A stretch of DNA of 63,971 bases, filler included, from Octopus bimaculoides (lineage: Eukaryota): NCBI RefSeq assembly GCF_001194135.2. It is 3 parts of 3 records of this genome, joined end to end, with 100 filler letters (N's around TTAATTAATTAA, not from the genome) between each part and the next. Parts side by side here need not be neighbours in the genome. Positions count along the whole stretch, not along the records: positions 32,013 to 58,945 come from NC_068985.1; 2 more parts are not named here. The stretch is one strand, 5' to 3'. The notes beneath the pieces are model-generated. The model saw only the letters and a list, made by a program, of their open reading frames with translations. It ran no database searches and was not told where the DNA came from. The translations under genes were made by a program, and so were the position numbers. Positions 35,019-46,377 of the stretch are shown here, piece after piece; the first letter of the stretch is position 1, and every line of letters begins with the position of its first letter.

Positions 35019-35896
35019 TAAGTCTTCCTCTTTGATGTCACCCATGTTGTGCAAGAAAAAGGCCGCAGTATTAAAGCCGTTATTACTTGGTACCTGTGTT
35101 ATCGTACGTGTTAGCCGGAGCAAATACCGTGAGTCATTCTGTCAGATGTTCTTACACTTCCACCAACCCACCATCTTGGATTAATATTTTTTTTTATTGA
35201 CTCCTAAAAGATGAAAAGAAAAGTTGACTTCGGTGGGAGTTGAACGCAGAGAGTCGCAACAAATACCACGAGGCATTCTATCCAACATTCTAATGGTTCT
35301 GACAGTTTGCCGCTTTAATTTTTGCAGTAGAATTTAGGTAATTCTAACTGGAATTCTTTCACAGAGAACGTATTGCCACCCTTGAAAAGTGTATCAGGAT
35401 ATGACTTCTACTTTCATCAACCAGCCAACAAACAGAGAGACAGACAAACGAACAAGCAAACCAACCAATCAACCATCTAACCAACCAATCAGCTTGTTAA
35501 TAAAAGGATACAATCGTATCTGGGTTTCTTATAACCAGAATAATCGGGCGTTTGTCTTTGGCACCAATTCTTTGTGATACTTTATGAAATCTGATCCTTT
35601 TTGTTATGATCATTTTGTCTTTGGTCTTTGTTCAAAAATAGACGAGATTTTACGAACAAATACGTATAAAATAAACGAAAGCTTTACGAAGGTCAATAAT
35701 TATAAGAAAATTCTATACTTTTATGGCTTGTGTTCTTTTGCGAGAAATAAATTTATTTATTTGAATAAATAAAATGCTGGATATGTGTGTGTATGCACGC
35801 ACGCACACACACACACACACACACGATGTTCCCAAACATTTTCAGACTGTCGTCACCTTGGCACCCAGGCCATATTTCTAGTGCATCCTTGAATTT

Positions 35897-36080
35897 TTTT
35901 TTTCTACTCTAGGCACAAGGCCCGAAATTTTTTGGGGAGGGGACCAGTCGATTCGATCGGCCCTAGTATGCAACTAGTACTTAATTTATCGACCCCGAAA
36001 GGATGAAAGGCAGAATTTGTCGACCTCGGCGGAATTTGAACTCAGAACATAAAGACAGACGAAATACCGCTAAGCATTTT
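35897..36080 (-). mobile_element. SINE family A, CpG-intact copy
   Basis: Reverse complement gives atgcttagcggtatttcgtctgtcttt..ttctgagttcaaattccgccgaggtcgac...cctttcggggtcgataaattaagtac. Confidence 0.88.
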
Positions 36081-36502
36081 CCGTGTTTATTACTGAATTC
36101 TTTCATTAGTATTATAATGTATGTCACTCGTTAGTTATATCATTTCCTTCTTTTAGAAATACTGTAGTTATTGTTGCTCCTTTCAATTCCCCGGCACAAT
36201 CGATCTTTAGTCAGTCCGTAATCTTCTGCTGAAATAATGTAACTTTTAGAGACAATGAGTCAGTCAGTAAAGTAAATCTGATAAATCTGTTTATTCAGTG
36301 ACATAGCTAGAGTGTGTGCCGCCCGGGCATCCCTTGAGTTCCCCCTCCCCCACCCTGATCTACCAAGCTTATACAGGCTTATACAACTGACCCAAAGTGC
36401 TAGTTCCATACAAGCGTCACCCATAGAGGACCGTTTCACTCATCACACCTAGCTTACGCTACTGCGTGTATTGTTTCAACTTTTATTGCAAGCTATTACA
36501 GA

Positions 36503-36718
36503 GGCAGTGAGCTGGTTGAATCGTTAGCGAGTCAGACTAATTTCTTAGTGGCATTTCTGCCGGCAATTTACGTTCTGAGTTCAAATTCTGCTAAGGTCGA
36601 CTTTGCTTCTCATTTTTTCGGGGTCGATATAAATACCAAAACTAGCTAAACACTGGGGCGATGGAATCGATTCAATCCCTCCCTCAAAATTGCTGGCCTT
36701 CTGCCAAAATTTGAAACC
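36503..36718 (+). mobile_element. SINE family A copy
   Basis: Same head, core and tail. Confidence 0.82.
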
Positions 36719-36801
36719 ATTTTAAAGTATCATGTCTTCTGCCATGTCCGAGATTAATTAGTTCTTGTTTTCCATTATCAGACATTTTCCTAACAATTTT
36801 C

Positions 36802-37347
36802 GGATCTCTCCAGTTTCGCTCACAGATTTTTTAATTACTTTTTTTAATTAAACAGTTTGAAACTTCGTATACTGGTGTAATTTCTCATGTTGAACACGGT
36901 TTACTTTCAACATTTTTGAAAAAATTTCGTAATTTAGAAGTTATTTCGTGTTAAATTTGTCATATTTGGGTAATTTTAACCAATCAACGACGTGTAGAAC
37001 GCTATTGTCGTATGCGATAGTAATCGAAGAGCGACAACTTCCGGGTCATCTCTACTAAATGTCACCACTCTGTTCTATTTTTGTTTACTGCCTGTGTTGC
37101 ATATTATACGCATTTTAAAAAATTTTTCGATCGCCTCTTTGTACGAGTGATGAAAATGCAAATGTACAAAGAGGCGATCGAAAAGAAAAAAAAAAACAAC
37201 CAAAAGCGGGCAACATGCAACACAGGCAACAAACAAAAATAAAATAGAACAGAGTGGTGACATTTAGTAGATATGACCCGGAATTTGTTGCTCTTCGATG
37301 ACTGAATACACGTCGTTGATTGATTAAAATTACCCAAATACGACAAC
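36802..37347 (+). mobile_element. Diverged Merlin-like fold-back element, right end missing
   Basis: Starts GGATCT and shares tttgaaactt, aagttattt..tgttaaa and aatttt.aaccaatca with 32955-33595. A long inverted repeat pairs about 36960-37085 with 37240-37347. Confidence 0.6.
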
Positions 37348-37418
37348 TGTAAAGCAAGTAACAATATGCTTAACATAGGGGTTAAAGACATGAAAATGTT
37401 TTGTTAGAAATAAAGATA

Positions 37419-37459
<41 letters not shown>

Positions 37460-37501
37460 GTGCGCGCGCGCGTGTGTGCGTGTGTGTGTGTGTGTGTGTG
37501 T

Positions 37502-37777
37502 GAAGGACTAGAACACTTGAAGTTTAAAAAAGGGAAAGTAGAATATCGTGTTGATAAAAATGGTAATACTCATTTGATTTTAGGAAAATTATTTGAAGTT
37601 GATGATTTAAAAGCAAACGATCATATTATTCGTGAAGTCAATCCAACAGTCGTTAGAACACAGCCAGGTTTAACAAACTGTATTGTTCTTAATTCAGCTT
37701 ATGCAACTGTGCCAAAGAATAAAATTTCAAATATTTTATAAACAGCAGCGTTTCTTTTTATTAATCCTGAAAATTAA
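37502..37777 (+). pseudogene. Orphan coding-like fragment of unknown family
   Basis: EGLEHLKFKKGKVEYRVDKNGNTHLILGKLFEVDDLKANDHIIREVNPTVVRTQPGLTNCIVLNSAYATVPKNKISNIL*TAAFLFINPEN* has complex, protein-like composition. It begins abruptly at a (TG)n tract with no splice acceptor. Confidence 0.4.
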
Positions 37778-38235
37778 AATTATCAAGGCAAGTTTCTGTG
37801 AAAGGCGTTGTGTCACAGCTTCCTAGTTTTCTCACAACTCCTAAAAAGCTTTGCGTCTTGTGGCTAGGTGGTTATATTCACGTGATGTCGTGTGTAAATG
37901 ATATAAGAATACCAAGCAATATTTAACAGTAACTTTTATTTCACCGTACAAGTAATATTTAAGTTGGCTATGAAGTCAGAAATTTCATAATCAAGTCAAC
38001 ACAATTGAATGAATGATTCTTTTGCATTCATTAAGTTGGTTACAAAAGCTCTGTACTGAAGCTTGTTAAGACAGGAGAAAATATACACAGTAGATTCCTT
38101 TTGGCCAACTAAATTGTCATATCCAAGCTGAGCTGAAAGTTGTGAAGACGACTTTTACAAAGGTGAGAGAGTGTGTGTAGTAGGTACGCAGATTAATATG
38201 CACTCAGAAAACTGACGCTAAATCTAACTTTTATA

Positions 38236-38365
38236 TAGTGGTACCTTGACTTACGAGTGTCCCAACAAATGAGTTTTTCGAGATACGAGCCGTCTCTCGG
38301 CCGACTTTTTGCTTTGAGTTACGAGCTACTCTGATTGGTTGGTATTGGCGAAATTTGTGTCTTAC
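38236..38365 (+). mobile_element. pogo/Tigger-like terminal fragment
   Basis: ta(t)agtggtaccttgacttacgag resembles Tigger-type TIRs; ttacgag and atacgag subterminal repeats follow. Confidence 0.55.
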
Positions 38366-38367
38366 TC

Positions 38368-39296
38368 TGTCGCGCCAATATGCAGCGTATAATCAATCGG
38401 AGCCCCTAAATAAGATCACGTGAGACAGCCTGTTCTTAACTCAGTTTGAACCTACTGTTCATTATAAAAACCCAGCTACTCCTCGTCTCGAAGTCTTTGG
38501 TTCAAGACCTTTTAAGGTCTAGCCACTGGCCACACAAGACACAACCAGTTCCAGCCACAAAGCCAGACAGCAACACCCGTCCAACAGCATTACGGAAATC
38601 TCTTTCTTCGTCGCCAACATCATCTTAATGTCGTCAACAACATCTCTACGTACACAGCTCAACTAACAATTGGCACAGGTTCTAACATAGCATTGTTCGT
38701 GAATTATTTCACCATGGTCAATAACAAATATACAACCTGCGAGAACTCCAGTACAAGTAACCCAAGCAGTAACATTATAGCCACAACTTTGTACGACACG
38801 TATCGCAACTCCGGCTCTGCATCATCGCCACAACTTCTTGGTGCAGTATTTCAACCACCGTGTACAATTGACTACGAATTGGTATTTCTCATTCTTGTGT
38901 CTATGAACATTCGTCTAACTTCTCATTACAGTAACTTCTCTTTCATTGTTATTCTTATATGTAGCACACGCATACATCTATGCCTATACACGCATACACT
39001 TTGTTCTCATGACGGCCTGTCTATTATTCTGTATACATGACGCACACACAGATACACAAGGTAACCTATCAATGAAACTCTCTCAAACATTCTACCCGGT
39101 TGTGTCTTTCTCTTTTCTTCACTGGCACGTATATGTATTATTCCAGCCTTCTGAACGGAGTCGTTATTAGATGGTTTCACCACACTTCACTACGACCATC
39201 TACAAAAATTGTGACCCGACGTAGAACACGCACCACAATTTCATCTATAATGGTGACTCCGACGTCGAACAGGCATCACGGTCCACAATCTATACA
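38368..39296 (+). mobile_element. Solo-LTR-like element ending in tRNA-Trp PBS-like repeats
   Basis: TG start, TATA-like attataaaa, and loose collinear similarity to 39780-40330 (ccagttccagc, gtgaatt.ttcacca, gacggcctgtct, cgcacacacagatac). Ends tataCA. Confidence 0.55.
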
Positions 39297-39469
39297 TCCT
39301 TTGGGGCTTTGATAAAATAAATACCAGTTGAGTACTGGGTCGATTTTATTGACCCTCTCTTCCCCACAATTTCAGACCTTTTGCCTCTCGTATAAATGAT
39401 CATTAGAATATATATTAGAGAAGAACAAGTTAATTACGTCTGTTTTCTTTCAACATTGTTTACAACTTA

Positions 39470-39605
39470 AGGCGGCGAGCTGGCAGAATCGGTAGCACAC
39501 CGAGTGAAATGCTTAACATTGTTTCGTCTGTCTTTACGTTCTCAGTTCAAATTCCGGCGAGGTCGACTTTGCCTTTCATCCTTTCGGATTCGATAAATTA
39601 AGTAC
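39470..39605 (+). mobile_element. 5' half of a SINE family A copy; its 3' half resumes at 40890-40972
   Basis: The consensus ...taaattaagtac|cagttgcgtactggggtcgat... is split at GTAC. Confidence 0.85.
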
Positions 39606-40889
39606 TGTAGTGAAACCACCTCTCTCACGGTTATATATTAACAAATACGAACGTAGCAGGAAACAACTCTTTCCCGCCTTGCTGTGTCATCACCTGACTG
39701 ACTTTTATTTTCGCGGCATTTGCCTCCAGTCCGTTCGCCCCAGGACGCAAACCGACCAACCGTAGCCACTAATAAGGTCACGTGAGAGAGTGTTTTTCTA
39801 ATGCTCTCTGGGGCCTCCTTGCACCTATAAATAGCCTAAATTATCCGCGCCAATTCGTCGCGGCCACAGATCTGGTCGTTGACCACACGCGTAACACAGT
39901 CAGCCAGTTCCAGCGACGACATCAACAGCATCGTTCAACTACGTACTACCAGCATCGTCGCCAACGTCAACATGATTTTTCCATGTACACAAGCAACCGC
40001 AGCTTCTCTTCTCAACCCTGTTTGTGTGAATTGTTCACCACGAAATTAACAACCAGAACTCAACCTGCAAAGAACATCTGTATCGAGAACCCGGCCCGGC
40101 ATCGAAGCCTCAACTACTTAGCTCTGCCTCAACCATAACCTCTTATGTACAGACTCTCTAACTACTGTGTACCTTAACAGAACTGGTATATTCTTATCTG
40201 TTGTTACTGACTCTTTTCTATCCTCTGTATCTCTTACATTCACATACATATATTTGTACACATACACTATTTTGTTTACACGGCGGCCTGTCTTATATTG
40301 TGTTTTATTATGTTGCATTCGCACACACACAGACATACAGTTTAATGCTCTAATAAATCTTACTGTTATTCATCTTTATCGGTTGCGTTCCTATCTTTTA
40401 TCTTACTGGCACTCCTTCGCATTTCACATGCAAATTCTTTATGTTATAGTATTTTAGTAGAAAGTGGGTTATACATCTTTAGATTGTATACCTGACTTTC
40501 TACTATAAAATTGAAGAAATTGACGGAACGCTGAACTCCAGACTAAACAACTCAAACAACATTTATTTAGGTGGTAAAACATACATATCTTTAGTTATAC
40601 ATCTTTAGAGTTGAGAATAACGAGCTGTCGAGTATAAGACCGAAAGATGTAGAGACAGCTTTAAACACACGTCCTTGCTCAATCGCTGGCCAGCGAGAAG
40701 AGAATGAATTGAGCGGGAAACGCTTGCTTTATTAATTCTACGCATGCGTAAGACTACACATGCGCAGGCGTTACTACAGTATTATAACATATCATAATAT
40801 ATTTTGTGTCGACCGTGCGATGCGTTAAAAAAGGAGCCTGTTTTCCATTAGTCACCATTTCTCCTTTGGTTCGCACGGTCGTTCTTACA
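39606..40889 (+). mobile_element. LTR-like composite insertion (TG...CA, 4-bp TSD GTAC)
   Basis: Begins TGTAGTG, ends CTTACA, with GTAC at 39602-39605 and 40890-40893. Contains TATA-like cctataaatagc and AATAAA, and probably a second oppositely oriented LTR at about 40454-40778. Confidence 0.7.
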
Positions 40890-41011
40890 GTACCATTTGC
40901 ATACTGGGGTCGATTTAATCGACTGGCCCCCTTCCCCAAAATTTCGGGCCTCGTGCCTAGAGTAGAAAAGAACATTGTTTACAACTTATCGCATTATTGT
41001 TCCGTGTAGTT

Positions 41012-41350
41012 TTATTACCTCCACCTTAGCGATGGCGGAAATATTGTTTTCAGTCGAGTTTGTTTGTTTGTTTGTCCGTGGACAAGATATCTCGTGAACC
41101 ACAGGATGGATTCGGATGAAACTTTCAGAGATGTTTGGCCTCGTAAGTGGCACGAACTGATTAGATTTTGGGATCGATCCAGTACCGGACAAGGATTCTG
41201 GATTATTTTTCCTATTTTTTTTCCTTAATTTTTGAAATCGATCCGGTTAATTTTTAGTATTCTCGTTTGGGAGAGAAGTCGAGTTTATTTCAGATATTCC
41301 CATTTAAAAATATCATCTCTGGCTAATCGTTGAGAGGACGTTGATTTTGC
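41012..41350 (+). mobile_element. Helentron-type HINE-like element, copy 2
   Basis: Collinear with 8565-8942, including gggatcgatcc.gtaccggacaaggattctggattattttt; the 3' end is replaced by a hAT-like MITE fragment (41351-41462). Confidence 0.65.
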
Positions 41351-42544
41351 TCCGGGCGGCACTTTTGGGTGTGTTGTAGGCAATATGTGTTTTTTTTGTG
41401 GGGTCCGGAGGCGGCAAACGGAAGGACCGCTCCGGGAGGCACACACTCTAGCTACGCTAGTGTATGTATGTATGTATGTATGTATGTATGTATGTAGTTA
41501 ACCACATTATAGAGAGAGAAGAAGAAGAAGAAGAAGAAGAAGAAATCGATTCCAGTATTTAACTTGTACCTTGCTTATAGACCACTGAAGACAGGAAAAT
41601 TAAAGCTGTCCTCGGTGGGATTTGAACTCAGAGCAGAAACAGCTACACTTTGGTTTAACTACCCAATCATAAGTTAAAGCGTTTGTGTTGACCTTTTGAA
41701 GTTAAGTCAAAAGCATTTTCAAAACTAGAAGATTTGTATCTAATACGAATCGTTACCCTGAGTAAAACAACAAGCCTATCACTAGCTGCATACTTAGTGT
41801 AACTCCAGCTGACAGACAGAAATATTTCCTTCTGTCTTGTGTTCCGAGAACATATTTAACATTCAGATTGTAATGACATAAATAAAACTCCTTATAAACA
41901 AATGAAAATTTTCACCAGGAATGGTTTCTAGTTGTTGACATACAGTAAACTATCAATCAGAACCATATAAATACACTCCCCTACCAACACAACAAAAGAG
42001 ACGTCATTTTGTGCTTTCTTTCTCGCTTTTTTTTTTGTCGTTCAAGAGTCTCTGCGCAATTTCATCTTTCTGTGTCAACATAAAATTTTTCAATTTCATA
42101 AATTTTGCCGTTGCTTTAAATTTTTTTGTTTTTATTTTGGGTGTGTTTTATTCTCTTAAGTGCTCTTACTTACTGTATAATAATCCTAAATAGTTTTGCT
42201 GCTCCAATCATGAGTTCTTTTCTAGTTCAGGTTAGTGATATGATGTTAGTTTACAAAGCAGATTTACATTGTGACATGTTCAGAACGATTTTATTTTCTT
42301 CCAGTTACACATACAAACTTTTCCTTTATTCCACATTTTCTCGTAGCAACATTGTCGTTCAAAAAGTTTGCAAATAAATGAACTACCAACTTGAAACAGC
42401 ATTAAATTTCATTGTTTTTATGGAAAGCGGATAAAATATTTGCATCTGTTTAAAAACTGATTAATGTGAGGGTTAAACCGTCGCGATTAGACAATAGACG
42501 ATCTTCACTAGCTTCATCAACCAGGTTATTGATAGTGTTATCTA

Positions 42545-42905
42545 ACTCCGGCATAGAGACGCAATGGCCCAGTGGTTAGGGCAGCGGACTCGCGGTCATA
42601 GGATCGCGGTTTCGATTCCCAGACCGGGCGTTGGGAGTGTTTATTGAGCGAAAACACCTAATGCTCCACGAGGCTCCGGCAGGGGATGGTGGCGAACCCT
42701 GCTGTACTCTTTCACCACAACTTTCTCTCACTCTTACTTCCTGTTTGTGTTGTGCCTGTAATTCAAAGGGTCAGCCTTGTCACACTGTGTCACGCTGAAT
42801 ATCCCCGAGAACTATATTAAGGGTACACGTGTCTGTGGAGTGCTCAGCCACTTGCACGTTAATTTCACAAGCAGGCTGTTCCGTTGATTGGATCAACTGG
42901 AACTG
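42545..42905 (+). mobile_element. tRNA-derived SINE, family D
   Basis: A-box tggcccagtgg and B-box ggtttcgattccc followed by a long non-tRNA body; not a complete cloverleaf with CCA. Confidence 0.8.
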
Positions 42906-43329
42906 CATGATCTTTTTCAAGTTATGCCAAAAGGAGCTTGTCATCAAATTCAATTGGACGTCCTGTTCGGGCCTCATCTACAAGGCTGAAATAACTTCTG
43001 AATTTTACAAAGCATCTGCAAGTTCTTTCATTCAGGTACTCTTTTCCATGAGCCGAGTGAATATTCCAAGTCACCTCAGCTGCAGAATTCCTTTTTTTAA
43101 ACTCATAAAGCATTATGTGCCTCAAATGCTTCTTAGACACTTTCATGTTTGAAGAGATATAATTAGTGAAATTTCAATTAGATTATCCTGCAAAATAAAA
43201 TTTAATTAGTTTAAATATGTCCAAATACATATAAGTATTACTTAATGCCATTAGACATTCTAAAATACCATTAAAGCGTTTATAAATTGAAAATATAGAA
43301 ATCCGGTCATTACTTGTGAGACGACCTGA
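42906..43329 (-). mobile_element. mariner 5' fragment (TIR plus HTH region)
   Basis: Minus-strand TA+tcaggtcgtctcacaagtaa TIR; ORF MKVSKKHLRHIMLYEFKKRNSAAE...NERTCR.F.KFR...SL.DEARTGRPIEFDD. Confidence 0.88.
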
Positions 43330-44004
43330 TAAATAAAAAGAATAATTCTGTGAATGACATTTCAGTCTAAATAACTATTGAGATGGAATGGTATTCCAGC
43401 GTAGGTTGTAAGTTCTCTTAAGATGGTATTTCACAGCCGACAAATAATTATCGCAGGATGAGTGAATAGGTTCAAAGTAGACAATAACAATGGCAAATTT
43501 AATGGAGTAAAGTATCTATTTTTTTAATTTTGTAGCGGAGTGATTTCAACTATATCCAAATGAAATTCTAAGAGGTAGAGTTGCTATGTCGTATGATAAA
43601 TACTTTAAGATATTTAAGAACAGAAAAACGAATAACGATGACTTCCTGCAGATTCGACGTGAATGTACTAATCGCTAGGAACACAGGAACACAGCTTCTT
43701 TATGATGAATATGTGTGCATAAAACACTTGATTCATTAGCACAAGCGAGTCCCTTTCGCTGATGAATCGAGTGTATTGTGAACACACATTCGTATATTAT
43801 GAAGACTCGGATGGGGAAAAATGCAAACAAAACTACATATACAGACACTCACATACATACTAAATAAACTTTATCAAAACTGTGAGCAATGAAGAAAAAT
43901 AATTATGTAAAATTACGCATACACACAAACACGAAACAGACACATATGTATATGTATATATATAAATGTACGTACATATGTATGTATGTATGTATGTATG
44001 TATA

Positions 44005-44420
44005 GATGCTATATGGAGAACTTGTGAATGTAAGGAGACTCCGGCAGAAACCAAGGCTGCGATTTAAGGATTGTGTCAAGTCCTCATTAAAGGCCTGTGA
44101 TATGCAGGACACTGACTGGGAGAACAATGCCTGTCATCGCCACGGATGGAGGAGGCAGGTTAAAGAGGGGATCGACACTTTTGAGAGAGCACGTATCCAG
44201 CATGAAGAACTTAAGCGAGCTGCGCGAAAGCGCACGGTTCGTATAGTGAATGGGGGAAGCTTGGTCTGCAATGTTTGCAGTCGTGTATGCTTGTCAAGAG
44301 CAGGGCTCATCAGCCACAAACGGAGCTGCAAATGCAAAATATAAGTTAGTCCTAGAGCGCACAATGTTCCTGAAGGTCGGCAATGGTCTTCCTCGGTCAC
44401 GAGTGGACGGCCATCATCAT
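44005..44420 (+). mobile_element. RTE-clade LINE 3' fragment with C-terminal zinc finger
   Basis: LYGEL...R.RQKPRLRFKDCVK..LK....D...WE..A..R.GWR..V...CNVCSRVCLSRAGLISHKRSC; 3' end gtggacggccatcatcat. Confidence 0.9.
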
Positions 44421-46218
44421 GTAAGTATGTATGTATGTATGTCTCCCTGCAAGATTAAGCCCATAAGCACATTTTCAGTTCGGGATGAGAACAGAACGAG
44501 ATTTTGCCTGCATTTATCGTATTTAATTGTATATAAGCTGTACTACTTTATACTTGGTTTTAACTGGGGAGTGATTTATACACGGGGCAAAGTTTATGAA
44601 AGGAAAGAGACATTGTACCAAGATTTAGCACAAAATCGGAGGGGTGAATTACACACAAGTAAATACTCGTGTAACATATATGAGTAACTATGGTATACTT
44701 GAAACTGTTCGCTGACGAAGTCTCTAAAAACACAAGAAAGAATAAATATGTCTTAATCCCCAATACCAAACTGTAAAATAAAAATATAGTGCATATTTAT
44801 AAATTCATAAAATTAAGGATTCGTTAGTTTTCTCAGCACAGAGCCTTTTGCACAGAATCTTGTACACTTACAATTAGCCCCTGGTACTAAAAAAGGGTAA
44901 CCCACCTCTGTTCCACCGTCGTTCGATTTGTTTGAAATAACAGCCCTCACATCACACCCTATTATTCTAGATATACAAGGGATATATTGGGCTATGTCAT
45001 TCTAGATGTAGAAAATGACAGGATGGTCGCGACTGGAATGCCTCTTATTGTAGGTCTTCTTGATATGAGCTAATTTGGACAACTCAATAGCAACAACTTG
45101 ATCACCAAACAGTCAAGATATGAAAATAAAGTGTACTACAAAATAGCTTCGCTTTGACCAGGATTTTTCTTTAAAATAATTTAATCGCAGTCTGTTATGT
45201 AACAATCATANNNNNNNNNNNNNNNNNNNNNNNNNNNNNNNNNNNNNNNNNNNNNNNNNNNNNNNNNNNNNNNNNNNNNNNNNNNNNNNNNNNNNNNNNN
45301 NNNNNNNNNNNNNNNNNNNNNNNNNNNNNNNNNNNNNNNNNNNNNNNNNNNNNNNNNNNNNNNNNNNNNNNNNNNNNNNNNNNNNNNNNNNNNNNNNNNN
45401 NNNNNNNNNNNNNNNNNNNNNNNNNNNNNNNNNNNNNNNNNNNNNNNNNNNNNNNNNNNNNNNNNNNNNNNNNNNNNNNNNNNNNNNNNNNNNNNNNNNN
45501 NNNNNNNNNNNNNNNNNNNNNNNNNNNNNNNNNNNNNNNNNNNNNNNNNNNNNNNNNNNNNNNNNNNNNNNNNNNNNNNNNNNNNNNNNNNNNNNNNNNN
45601 NNNNNNNNNNNNNNNNNNNNNNNNNNNNNNNNNNNNNNNNNNNNNNNNNNNNNNNNNNNNNNNNNNNNNNNNNNNNNNNNNNNNNNNNNNNNNNNNNNNN
45701 NNNNNNNNNNNNNNNNNNNNNNNNNNNNNNNNNNNNNNNNNNNNNNNNNNNNNNNNNNNNNNNNNNNNNNNNNNNNNNNNNNNNNNNNNNNNNNNNNNNN
45801 NNNAGTAACGATAAAATGCCTAACGGCAATAGTTTAAAATGATATCTGGACGCGGAGAGTTATTTAAATCGGTCATTAACATTGAGAGATTCAACTATAG
45901 GTTTGTAGTGGATCTTACAGGCATGAAGTGGATTCGATCTACCATTGCCAAATTTCAAATAATAGTTCAACAGAACTTTTCTCACGGTGGAACAATGGGT
46001 TTTTTCTGTGACAGCAGTTTTACATTTGCCAGATTGCCTTAGCTAGGCCGAAATAATGTCTTCACCACTTGACCCTTCTAACCTCTTCTATTCCACCAAA
46101 AGAAATGCCGTTAAACGCTTTGTGCGGTGCAGTAACGATAAAATGCCTAACGGCAATAGTTTAATGTAATGTCGCGCAGAATCTATTTGAATCGGTCATT
46201 AACAATGATGGATTCAAC

Positions 46219-46377
46219 CACTAGCGTAGCGGCGATAGGGGTGGTCAGCACCAGGCGGAACTTTTAAAGGGGCACCACTTTTGGGTCTGCTGTAGGCAAT
46301 ATATGTTTTTAGTGGGGTCCGCGGGGAGGCAAACGGAAGGGCTGCCCCGGGCGGCACACACTCTAGCTACGCTAGTG
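46219..46377. mobile_element. hAT(Tip100)-like MITE, 159 bp, TIR CACTAGCGTAGC, 8-bp TSD GATTCAAC/GATTTAAC
   Basis: 12-bp perfect terminal inverted repeat and an 8-bp flanking duplication with one mismatch; partial copies at 41351-41462 and about 36297-36330. Confidence 0.8.

Noticed and set aside
42555-42630. tRNA gene
   Set aside because: A and B boxes are present, but the sequence continues into a SINE body and lacks a clean acceptor stem and terminator.
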